From NCBI GenBank assembly GCA_048013815.1, contig CM106586.1, positions 3,348,001 to 3,412,000 on the forward strand: a stretch of DNA of 64,000 nt. The letters are read 5' to 3'. Made by a program: the position numbers and the translations under genes. The stretch's first letter is position 1, and each line of letters opens with the position of its first letter. Positions 57,001 to 64,000 of this stretch are shown here, in pieces. This DNA comes from Setoptus koraiensis. Its lineage: Eukaryota; Animalia; Arthropoda. A model generated the notes under the pieces. It was not told the DNA's origin. It saw only the letters and a list, made by a program, of their open reading frames with translations, and searched no databases.

Positions 57001-59643
57001 CTGTTGCGTAACAAATTGCTGCTGCTGGCTGTGGCTCGGCTGATTATATTGCCAATTTAGTTGTTGCGACATTGTGCTGGTGGTGGCGCTAGTTGTGGGC
57101 GCCGTTGAAGTGTCGTAATAATGCTGCTGCTGACCGTGACTGTCCATCAAGGCAACAAGTGGCGACGATGTCGATGTGACCCCTATGGGCGATCCCTCGT
57201 ACAAATTCACGTATTGCTGGTGCCTGCTGGACGACGTCAAGTTGTGGTGCTGCTGCTGCTGATGATGATGATGATGTCCCATTGTGCTGGCCGCATCCGG
57301 TTGCGAAGCGCTAGCCATTTGATCTATCGCTTGCTGGCCGATGGAGGCGCTCGTGGTGGTGCTGTCCGCCGCCTGGTTGTTTTGCTGCTGCTGCTGCTTG
57401 AATTGATCCACGTGCTGCTGATACAAGTGGTCGCCCCCGTTGCCCACCGTGGGCAAATAGTGATGATGGTCGCGATCGCTCATTTGTTGCGCCCTCATTT
57501 GCGTGTAGTCGCCGTGGTGCGGGCCCAAATTGATGTAATCGGCAAGCGGCGACTTCTGGTAGTTGACGGGTCTCGCCGGTTGGCCCTTGACGTTGCCAGG
57601 ATTGTTGGTGTCACCGTGATAATGATGATTGTAGCTCTTGATTGACGACGCTAGCTCGCTGGCAGCCTCGTTGGCGGACGACACGTTGTGCCGGCCGACA
57701 ATTGCCGGGCCGGCCACCAGCCGGTCGTGCCCAGACGCCACCATCATGGAGGCGGCCGGAAACGGGGTCGTCCAAGAGTCTTGCGACTGCTGCTTGGCGC
57801 CGCTGGCGGCGTTGTAGCGCGTAGAGTAGGACATGACCGAGGACAGGAAGGGCGACGTTTGGTTTGCAGTGGCGGTCTGATCGCCCGTCACCGCCGACTG
57901 TCCAGGCGAGGCCGCTTGTGACACGGCCAGCGTTGTCTGGATCGATTGCAACTGGTCAGTGGCCGAGTTGTTGCCGCCGCCGCCGCCGCTGCCGTTATTA
58001 CCCGAGCCGGAAGTTGACTGAGCGGCGCCCGTTTCGGTCACGTTCGATGGCGGTGTCTTGTTGTCGGATGTTGCCGCCGGTGCCGTCGGCACAGAGGCAA
58101 GCGGAGCGACAACTGTCGACGTGACATTTGACAGAATGATCTGATGGTGCAACAGGTGATTTGTTGTGTCGGGCGCCTGCGACAGTGCGACACCCGAGTC
58201 GGCCGCTGCGGCCGACGATGGCGCCACGGCCGCCGCCGGCGGTCCGGCGGCTATCGTCTGTCCCGAGTCACTGTCCTCGTACAGTTGTTGAACAAAATAC
58301 GGCCGCTTGAAATGGTGCTGTTGATGGTGGTGGGCCGATTTCTTAAGTCGCTGTATGATGCGGGCAGCCGGCGAGCCGTCCGCGGCATCCGCGTCGCCGT
58401 TGCTCAGCTCGCTCAAGTCCGGCCCGAGCGACAACGATCCAATGTTGTTGTTGTTTGCTGCCGGGCCGGCGGCCGGCTGCTGTTGACTGTTCAGGATTAA
58501 ATTCTTGAACACGTGCTCTAGAAAATTGTGGGCCTGGCTGATGCGCACGAGCTCGTCTTGCAGCTCTTGATTGTTGTGCTGCTGCGACTCACCTGTCTGG
58601 TTGAATTTCCAACTGTCCGACATTCCGGAATTCACAGAATTAACAGAATTAACAGGAGAATTGGAATTCTCCTGCGAAGTGACTTCACTTCGAACTGGGC
58701 CCCTGGAGCTCGAATTTTGAGTTTGCGCTTGTTCGTGCTGCTGCTGGTGCGACTGGTGCTGGTGCAGCGAGGGCGGCGAATCCGCGAACTGGTTGTACGA
58801 GTCGCCCGTGGCCGAGTCTTGCTGATTGTCCACCAGGGCGTTCATGCTGACCAGCGAAAAGTCGGTGCGGGACGGGTATCGGACGTTGGGCGGGCGCTGC
58901 GCGCCGGCCGGCTCGACGGCAACGGGTCGCTGCGGGGGTGACGCTTCTAAATTGTAATTGGTGCTCTCGTTCAGTGTCAGCTCGGCGTCGGCTCGTTGCT
59001 GTTTTTGCGGTTTTTGTCTGGCCCGTTGCTTGCCTACGTCGTCGCCGTCGTTTGTCTGCTCGGCACCCGCTGGCCGCCGTTGGCCTGTTCTGTTGGCCTG
59101 TTGGGGCCCCCGATTGGCGCTATTCGGCTCAGCAGCGCCTCTGGCGGACGAGTCCGCAGGCCTGCTTGTGGTGCTGGTACTGGTGCCGGTCGAGCCTTGC
59201 TGCTGCTGCTGGCCCGACTCAGGCTGGCTAGTGGTGCTCGTCACGTAGGTGATGCCGCCCGCCGACAGGTAGTCGTCGGCGCTGGGATCGCTGTCCAGGG
59301 TGAGCGACGATGTTGTTGTCATAACGGGCCTGTAAGGCTCATATTGTTGTTGATCGGTTGTTGTTGTTGTTGGTGGTGGTGATGCTGTTGTTGTGGCTGT
59401 CGTGTTGTTTGTGGTGGCCGTTTCGTTGAAGCCACTACTGGACAATGAGTAGTATTGCGCCAGTGAGTCGCTTGTTTCATTTGTGAGGCTCGTCTTGTCG
59501 TTTTGCTGCTTCTGTTGCGACGACGGCGACGCTGCCGACAAATTTGGTGTCGATTGAGCAACAATCAAGTGATTAGCTGGCATAAAATCGGTAAATAATA
59601 ATACAATTAATAGTGACAATGTTGCATATCTAATGTCCATCAT
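51019..59643 (-). CDS. Giant secreted low-complexity/disordered protein, ~2,874 aa, single exon
   Basis: 8.7-kb stop-free frame. The track start 59715 is TTG; ATGs at 59697 and 59643, the latter directly before a signal-like stretch (MMDIRYATLSLLIVLLFTDFMPANHLIVAQ). Poly-Q/N/T/H, Ala-Pro-His-Tyr-rich and Ser-Gly-Asn-rich blocks. No recognised globular domain. Confidence 0.88.
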   Translation of the reverse strand: MMDIRYATLSLLIVLLFTDFMPANHLIVAQSTPNLSAASPSSQQKQQNDKTSLTNETSDSLAQYYSLSSSGFNETATTNNTTATTTASPPPTTTTTDQQQYEPYRPVMTTTSSLTLDSDPSADDYLSAGGITYVTSTTSQPESGQQQQQGSTGTSTSTTSRPADSSARGAAEPNSANRGPQQANRTGQRRPAGAEQTNDGDDVGKQRARQKPQKQQRADAELTLNESTNYNLEASPPQRPVAVEPAGAQRPPNVRYPSRTDFSLVSMNALVDNQQDSATGDSYNQFADSPPSLHQHQSHQQQHEQAQTQNSSSRGPVRSEVTSQENSNSPVNSVNSVNSGMSDSWKFNQTGESQQHNNQELQDELVRISQAHNFLEHVFKNLILNSQQQPAAGPAANNNNIGSLSLGPDLSELSNGDADAADGSPAARIIQRLKKSAHHHQQHHFKRPYFVQQLYEDSDSGQTIAAGPPAAAVAPSSAAAADSGVALSQAPDTTNHLLHHQIILSNVTSTVVAPLASVPTAPAATSDNKTPPSNVTETGAAQSTSGSGNNGSGGGGGNNSATDQLQSIQTTLAVSQAASPGQSAVTGDQTATANQTSPFLSSVMSYSTRYNAASGAKQQSQDSWTTPFPAASMMVASGHDRLVAGPAIVGRHNVSSANEAASELASSIKSYNHHYHGDTNNPGNVKGQPARPVNYQKSPLADYINLGPHHGDYTQMRAQQMSDRDHHHYLPTVGNGGDHLYQQHVDQFKQQQQQNNQAADSTTTSASIGQQAIDQMASASQPDAASTMGHHHHHQQQQHHNLTSSSRHQQYVNLYEGSPIGVTSTSSPLVALMDSHGQQQHYYDTSTAPTTSATTSTMSQQLNWQYNQPSHSQQQQFVTQQLAGHSMSPLLMHQLKHERTPLSAYSSPAESPQLFRLLNSSNNNNNNNPDNHASSSTTNRTSQADQQSNPYQMSASMLHQQLFNQQQQQQQQLNNQSLALGQAYFLAPHLFQRRPQFIYNSLYGKTYGLAAPTTSTTTTTTTSSPPLMSGSEQATQQMLNDIKLIAAGGWPNSHQVDLSNNNNRHHQYPQFDDQIFGDETPSAKLNGNNNNNNGNNNNANNNNNGGPSAHAASRAPAAGPAKQTTNGAQWAALNAPSVVNSQYHIINHLGHQIKLPVPAHLQQFLSGAGGAATAASGSPAATTSQLLNSYAQQQQQQSKYPPMLDGAALHHLIGHYPMFVPAPPAPWRPTNYLAGHYLSNGAYRGGHHPGSLFQASDLPRPTTTTPTGAAAAPTTTGAKLPIGATLSSAGLSTLAQQLRNDMLFAYNHRPYLMAASNGATSAGQQLMLQQHQQQQQQLQQLQLQQFQQQLQQHQQQLQQHQQQQQQPMAYMASTQAPIQIFAPTPAPAATSTTTPMTTTGAQVQATEATTTGPPGGSSSTTTPATTTTTTTTAASTTTDYSDKPQYINGSSFHRPYSDEDMSAYVAHLAANSAAHHTHAAPFVPTGRGSIYRHRGQPGATGNQHQPLHHEPSGWPIGLQFKDQGPVNEAQLLALPESVQREILQDRIIPVLDSHKMLVPWSQSGAYLTALGTLGQSAAAASTMRNTRYKMANAAAGAAPSSDSAKGTPPHNHNDPASDPTSDGYYYSIDGHQQRQKQDRKEKQPAQGTRYANGTADPSAGPDQMLASSNEDSSEAAAADAPDKQKIDNNGELEQQHGHIPAWLEKQLLQENLLSHGMPASGAQPASLPFGYPSIMAPAILSHTHGANRLFSTAHSGKYPGTTVIHHHYGTPAALSLIQAAKVPLPVLPLPTGALPLYHPARIPGAPYPEALLRPPSYLGSGASHLSPAYHHHHVSAGSDALATQENGQQQQQQALDSHDSSPTAPFTALNMLPLNSAPAYLIRIPAPGGGALTAGGTFSTMASKLRPVVHLGKQAIISPLIRARLKHAYYTGRPNGYMMASPAIRIIHHYDASSSSPASSVSAGGPYPVPPHHHVHLSAAPAHIRIPLPPAPAIYHIGGAAPLPVPPALLYPASVLQPIVTQTTHSANDNNNNQQSQSNANNNNNNNNNNNQQQLVSSRPPPTSASAINHIQQATENLVSLTGLASLVDEMVSSSGLDSSPALALANVISSLTSGANSGAAVASQNAPTGLSVTTTTSNASPSPLLSWKNLINANLWRDKNYLFTGNNRLKDFTELTAQKRPQTRLKVKYIRVPVAIYETPVSGSSGNDYGDNNGSGKSNSNDADSNSQSGSSSSDPSSSSGAHSNGATGSGASSSSGHANSAAAGSASSTGGPTSLDGGTSTGPNKPGQSLNSASPSDLHYKLSLPADLSEYIMNDLNDGAAGSMSIPSYIAHTGQQHHHKSHNAKNHHHYYASDASHLRPVIKKNHYPAIAGALMELRPLADSSSAGYDNYPAAAHPAGGRHRNPNKYQSSFISPLESVIDTLTSSGASDDDDDDDEDQVASSDLPAVESFISSIILGNNHQPRSHILESSSAMKKPFKKVSPIRHLSTSASELYHHNVYRPGSWAGLGHSGKRVRKPSVAKLSLAELASRTGKRLFGGSGSQSASYTFVDSPSNKRSVRPVLVPLTNVQKDPSVPNNLDSENKLLYTMVKELVGQQQQQQQHQHDHTDHYYASPSTTRYSQHFGNTELIDRSMKSSPAPSVQALADRKKGKKRKNHHVWSKSKLKIKSEPAKNVATTSGGQQDKTKDHRSSKYDKMPSFRTIVSKTWPFILYGGTTLLNNPIFNPAIVGAQQPAAPWKKLLFSRLKRSSISNQLQQQQQTPPTNRNNSYVQQLEKHFDPAQAPVQSQQPQQPPQQQPQQQQQQQQQQQQPQQQPPHQQSPTQLQQQPVQKEPSKPIIDLQSTFSRTKSKLLNRFMSSAEHWRSPSKYVYVL

Positions 59644-60060
59644 GGCGCTGATCATTGTTGCTGACCTGTTGCCCCGCATGACATCGCTGTGTTTCATTTT
59701 CAGGCTAATTTTCAATTATGGTCGCAATTTTGAAGCTGTCGTTGCTGCTGTTGCTGCTGTCGTTGGTGTTGTTGCTGTTGGTGTCGTTGGTGTTGGTGTT
59801 GTTGTTGTTGCTGCTGTTGGTGTCGTTGTCGTGTTGTGTCGATAGAAAACTGTCATCGCACGCTGAATCATTATAATATATACGCTGGGCGATAGATGAA
59901 CTGACTTTCACACGATTCGGGGCGACTCAACGGTTTTCGCGAGGCGCGAACAGTCTTGGCAAGACGCGAATAACTCTCACGAGATGCGAACAATTTTCAC
60001 GAGACGATCGCGTCCACAAGTGCGACTGTTTGCGCATTTGCTGCCATCGATTCGGTGATA

Positions 60061-60172
60061 TTTTTCGGCGATGCTTTTCGGTGACGCTTTTCGACGTTGC
60101 TTTTCAGTGATGCTTTCGGTGACGTTTTTCGAAGGTTTTTCAAAGGTTTTTCCAAGATTTTTCGGAGATTTC
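60061..60172 (+). repeat. Degenerate TTTTC-anchored array, ~10 units, 13-bp then 11-bp period
   Basis: T-tracts start at 60061, 60075, 60088, 60101, 60114, 60125, 60136, 60147, 60158, 60169. Confidence 0.8.
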
Positions 60173-60628
60173 TCTCTGGGAGATGCTGCGAACAACGTTC
60201 TGGCGGGCGCACTGGTCGCGACTGACGCAATCACTCTTGATGGCGCAACGAGCTCGGCCGTCGGCTATTATTAGCCGCGTCTATTGTTGGGCTGGTCAGT
60301 TGGGCCGACTCTCGCTTTATGTGTCTCTTTATGCGTCTCTTTACCTGGCGAGGCAATGAAAACTGTTGCAGCCACACAAAGCGCAGTCGAGATAATAAAG
60401 GTTAATTAATATTTTTGATGCTCACTTGCTTGCTGCTGGCGTGGATGCCGCTTGCTGCTGTTGTGGATGTTGTAGATGTTGCTGTTGCTGCTGATTGAAT
60501 TGATTGAAATATTGGCCGAAACAACGAGAGTTAATTTTGCGAGCGCAATCAACGACGCCGAGATACATAGTGACGATGCGGTTGCTTGTCGTCTATTGTG
60601 GCTCGGTCATTTTGTTGCCGCCAAGCGA

Positions 60629-60946
60629 ATGCGATGCTTGCGATATTTGCTATTTTTGTGTGTTATATTTGTCGTCGTTGTCGTCGTCGTCGTCGAAAAC
60701 TCTTACCTAAAACCGTTACTGGCCGAAGATGGCCACCGCTCTCTTTCGCTTTCTCGTCGGGCCGTCGCGATCGAGACGGGCGAACAAGTAGAGAGAGAGA
60801 GAGTTCAAACAGAGGAGAAAGGAGGTTCTGGTGACGACGATGACGGCCGGCATGCCGATGGAAATAAGACAATGGATCTCTGGCAAACAATCGCGAAACT
60901 CGCTGAGCCATACTCACTGAGTGATACACTTCGAGCCAGTGTGTAA
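60629..60946 (+). CDS. Candidate small secreted peptide precursor, 105 aa
   Basis: MRCLRYLLFLCVIFVVVVVVVVENS signal-like start, dibasic SRR site, charged/acidic body. The poly-V comes from a (GTC)n repeat, so the ORF may be fortuitous. Confidence 0.25.
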   Translation: MRCLRYLLFLCVIFVVVVVVVVENSYLKPLLAEDGHRSLSLSRRAVAIETGEQVERERVQTEEKGGSGDDDDGRHADGNKTMDLWQTIAKLAEPYSLSDTLRASV

Positions 60947-62909
60947 ACGATCGCTTTGTATCCATCGGTGACAGTGCTCTCACCGCCGTTTGTTTGTCTC
61001 CGCGACAAACTCTCTAGCGGAGTTTGTTTGTTTGTGTTTGTGTTGACCACCTCGCTGCTTGTGCATTATGTAACTTGTACCTATAAGCTCGTCGATACAA
61101 AGGCCATCGAGAAAGTATGTGTGTCGTGGAGCCGCAGAGACGCTGCTCAGTGCATTTATTATTCTTATGAGATGCTGATGTCGATGGACTCGACCGCTCA
61201 CACACCGAGCAAACTCGATCGACAAACTGCATCAAACTGCCGATCGAGTGGCCACGCCAAGCCAGAGACGACACTTCGCTAAAGTGACTTTAGCGAATTA
61301 TCTCTCTCAGGCACATTTAGCATGTAGATCGTCGTCAATCGTTGCTGCCACTGTCGCACGATGATTAAATTTACCAATTTTCCAAATTGTCACTCACCTG
61401 TTGCCTGCCGTCCGATATACACAGTCATCTGATAGACAGAGTTACCTGTGTCGTCTGACGCACACAGTCACCTGTCGAATCGTTGCCGCCGCTGCTGCTG
61501 CTGCTCGAGCCCCATTATGGCGTTTGTTGCGGTTCAACTGGTCGCTGCCATCGGCCAGGCAACTCGCTCGCCACAACTCGCTCGCCAGTGGCCTGGCCGA
61601 GTGACTGACCATCGCAGGAGCTATTGACATCGGATTGATTGTTTCTAGATGCTCCCTCTCTCAGATACTGCGACACACACAAACAAATCGTAGCAGCAGC
61701 AGTAGCGCCAGCAAATAGAGTGAGGGATCAAAAACCAGCAAATAAACGCACTTCACTCACGGCTCATCGTGAACTATGCCGACTGGGCTAACATTGTGAA
61801 CAAATAAGAGTAATGCCCTCGTCGCTATTTCCATCATTTGCATGTTGCTCGCAACATCGCTCAACAACAACAAACAAATATCTAGGGGAACTTTCACTTG
61901 TCTCTGATGCGATGCATCATTATTGTGCTTGCATGTTGCATAACATCGGCGATTACTGCCAGTAACAAAGTGACAATCACGGCGACAATCAGAGTGAGAG
62001 TTCAAGTGAGACAAAATGTGACAAATGTGCTACCGATGAGGAACGCTCAAATGACTACGGCCAGGTAATGACTGTCATTGATCCTTTCTTGAATCTCTGC
62101 TGAATCTCTGACGAATCTCTGGCGAATCTCTGGTGTGTTTCTCAGCGAAAATAAATTAAATGCTCGGAAGAGAGCGTCACAAATCGATACTGATTGTCAC
62201 ATGCCGATACCATTACGACTGCCACCGACAATTGTGTTGCCGACTCTCATCTGATGCAATAATCGTCATATAGTGTAATCGTTCTTTTTTTATATCAGTT
62301 GAGTTGTCAGTCTGAGAAGGAACTGCACTGCCAACTGTCCACATTTTTCGCTCACCATTTGCCGGCTGGTTGCAGACACATCTTTGGTGGTTGGTTGGTT
62401 GCATCGCATGCGAAAAACTCTTTTCTCACACGACACTCAATCGATAATTGAGATCATTGTGGTGCCCCAATCTGGTTGATCCGACAGAACGCTCAGAATG
62501 GCAGCGTATCTTATTTTTAGTTGGCTAAACATCATCACGCATCTCGCATGGCTCCAATCAGAGAAATAATGCCTCAAGTATAAGTACTTTCGTCACAAAG
62601 GTGACAATAACTATGACTGGTCGCGCCAACAACTTATCGGCCGGCATCACTTTGCACGATGATCATCCACACAAATCAGGCAATGATCAGACAAATGCCG
62701 AGGGAAAGAAAACGTCGAAAACCTTGATTGCTGATGAAAATATTGGAAACAAGGATATAGGCAGGCACCAAAGTTTCACGGTTAAATTTAAATTACCGCA
62801 TATTTTAATCATTAGCCGGTACTGGAATGGCGTTGTTGGCAGACCGATGAACATATGTCTCTATTTTTAGGATGACATTTCTGCATGACAGGGTCCTATT
62901 TTTTAACAG

Positions 62910-63123
62910 AGTCTCAGATAGCTTTCTGATGCATTGAATGGCGACAGCGAGCCGCAGACGACTGCGGTCTTGCGATCTATAATTAGAACATCCACGGATA
63001 GATTCTTCGATTCTTCCATCAGGGAGCCATACAAATCTTTCGACACTGTATTTTTGACTAAATTGCCGGTTCGTTGTGGAGCCATCATAATTTTTCAATC
63101 GGAAAATTATCTTATACATCGAA
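62910..63123 (+). other. Dispersed duplicate of 50776-50960, beginning at a 3' splice site
   Basis: ttttaacag|agtctcag; open frame LSDALNGDSEPQTTAVLRSIIRTSTDRFFDSSIREPYKSFDTVF...stop at 63182. Confidence 0.55.
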
Positions 63124-63183
63124 GATCGTACATCGAAGATCGTTCCAGAATTCAATTTAAATCGCATATTTTTTATTGCTAAG

Positions 63184-63984
63184 ATGCAAAGATTGACTCT
63201 ATCAGTTTTGCTGGCCATCTCGGTCTCCGGGCTACTGATTGCTGTGTGTGAAGCCGGCATATTCTCAAGAAACAAGAGTAAACAAGTCCAGATAGACCCA
63301 GAAGTAGCAGAGATGGAGTGGAAAGCAAGGCGCAAAGAGAGAATTTTGGAAAGGTACGCCGAATACGAGCAATTGAACAGTCAAACTCCCGAAGATGGTG
63401 AAAATGACGACAAAGTTGAGACTGTTGAGCAAAAATCCGATCCGAACAGAGAGTTCTTCAAGGATATCGAATTAAGCCAAGAACAGAATGACATCATAAA
63501 TGATTACAAAGTTCATGTCAAATCGTTGGTTATGGATTCATTGTTTCCTAGTGAAACTCTGACAAACCTTGTAAGTTACATTGGATCTAAGACAAGACTT
63601 TCGTTGGCCCTAGACGAAGGATTGAGTTTCGATAGGCCCTCTATCTATACTTATGTAGCCATAAGTAGATTGGATGAGGCAAAGTTGAAAGATTATGTAA
63701 GATTGGCAGGTATGCAAGAATCTGATTTGGTAGACAGTTGTAAAGACTTTTTTCAACAGAGATCCAAATATGCCTACAGCAAGCCGGATCCATCAGCCTT
63801 GGTGAAAGCCGAGATACCCGTTGAACAATTCATAGTTTTGGCTAAGGCAAATATTCCAGTTCATCTTCTTGCATATGAGGCATTATTGGCCAATTCGGAC
63901 GTATTTATTTTGGAATCATATTCGAAAGTGTGCATGTTAACTGAGGCCAAAGATCAAATCGGACCTCTAGGAACTCTATTCTAA
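63184..63984 (+). CDS. Orphan secreted protein, 266 aa, single exon
   Basis: ATG-initiated; signal peptide MQRLTLSVLLAISVSGLLIAVCEA; charged helical body with two mature cysteines. No recognised domain. Confidence 0.87.
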   Translation: MQRLTLSVLLAISVSGLLIAVCEAGIFSRNKSKQVQIDPEVAEMEWKARRKERILERYAEYEQLNSQTPEDGENDDKVETVEQKSDPNREFFKDIELSQEQNDIINDYKVHVKSLVMDSLFPSETLTNLVSYIGSKTRLSLALDEGLSFDRPSIYTYVAISRLDEAKLKDYVRLAGMQESDLVDSCKDFFQQRSKYAYSKPDPSALVKAEIPVEQFIVLAKANIPVHLLAYEALLANSDVFILESYSKVCMLTEAKDQIGPLGTLF

Positions 63985-64000
63985 CCAAACACGAAATCAT

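Noticed and set aside
51177-59845. Many plus-strand and alternate-frame ORFs inside the giant ORF
   Set aside because: Shadows of a GC-rich repetitive coding sequence.
62449-62461. TGAGATCATTGTG, identical to the first 13 nt of bantam miRNA
   Set aside because: The rest diverges (GTGCCCC vs AAAGCT) and upstream sequence forms only a short imperfect stem, not a pre-miRNA; small-RNA data would be needed to revive it.
1-64000. CRISPR arrays, tRNA/rRNA, transposase/RT ORFs, horizontally acquired bacterial genes
   Set aside because: No repeat-spacer structure, cloverleaf, rRNA motif or catalytic signature seen; recognised genes are eukaryote-type.

Overview
Eukaryotic genomic DNA. No CRISPR array, rRNA, tRNA or recognisable transposase was found. 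Gene content (inscuteable, a gustatory-receptor-like 7TM gene, IFT70, pancreatic-type lipases), extreme compaction and mostly intronless conserved genes point to a small arthropod, most plausibly an eriophyoid-type acariform mite (inference). The window has three zones. (1) 1-19.6 kb is a microsatellite-saturated tract with no supportable gene. (2) 20.7-51 kb is a dense block containing NUP62, GNPNAT1, SGF11, three orphan secreted genes, a 500-N gap, a second GNPNAT1-SGF11 copy, IFT70, a GR-like gene, a ~340-bp-arm inverted repeat, inscuteable, two lipases and another orphan secreted gene. (3) 51-64 kb holds a single-exon ~2,870-aa secreted low-complexity protein, a repeat-rich upstream region and a further orphan secreted gene. 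Best leads: a putative salivary/effector set, the long inverted repeat (candidate hairpin-RNA locus), and the giant secreted disordered protein. The effector set includes a tandem pair whose mature coding region is more diverged than its non-coding flank, an 808-aa protein ending in a mixed-codon octa-arginine tail, and two lipases with remodelled lids; three of its genes lie between direct repeats of GNPNAT1-SGF11. All alignments and identities were done by hand and are approximate; no database search was run.
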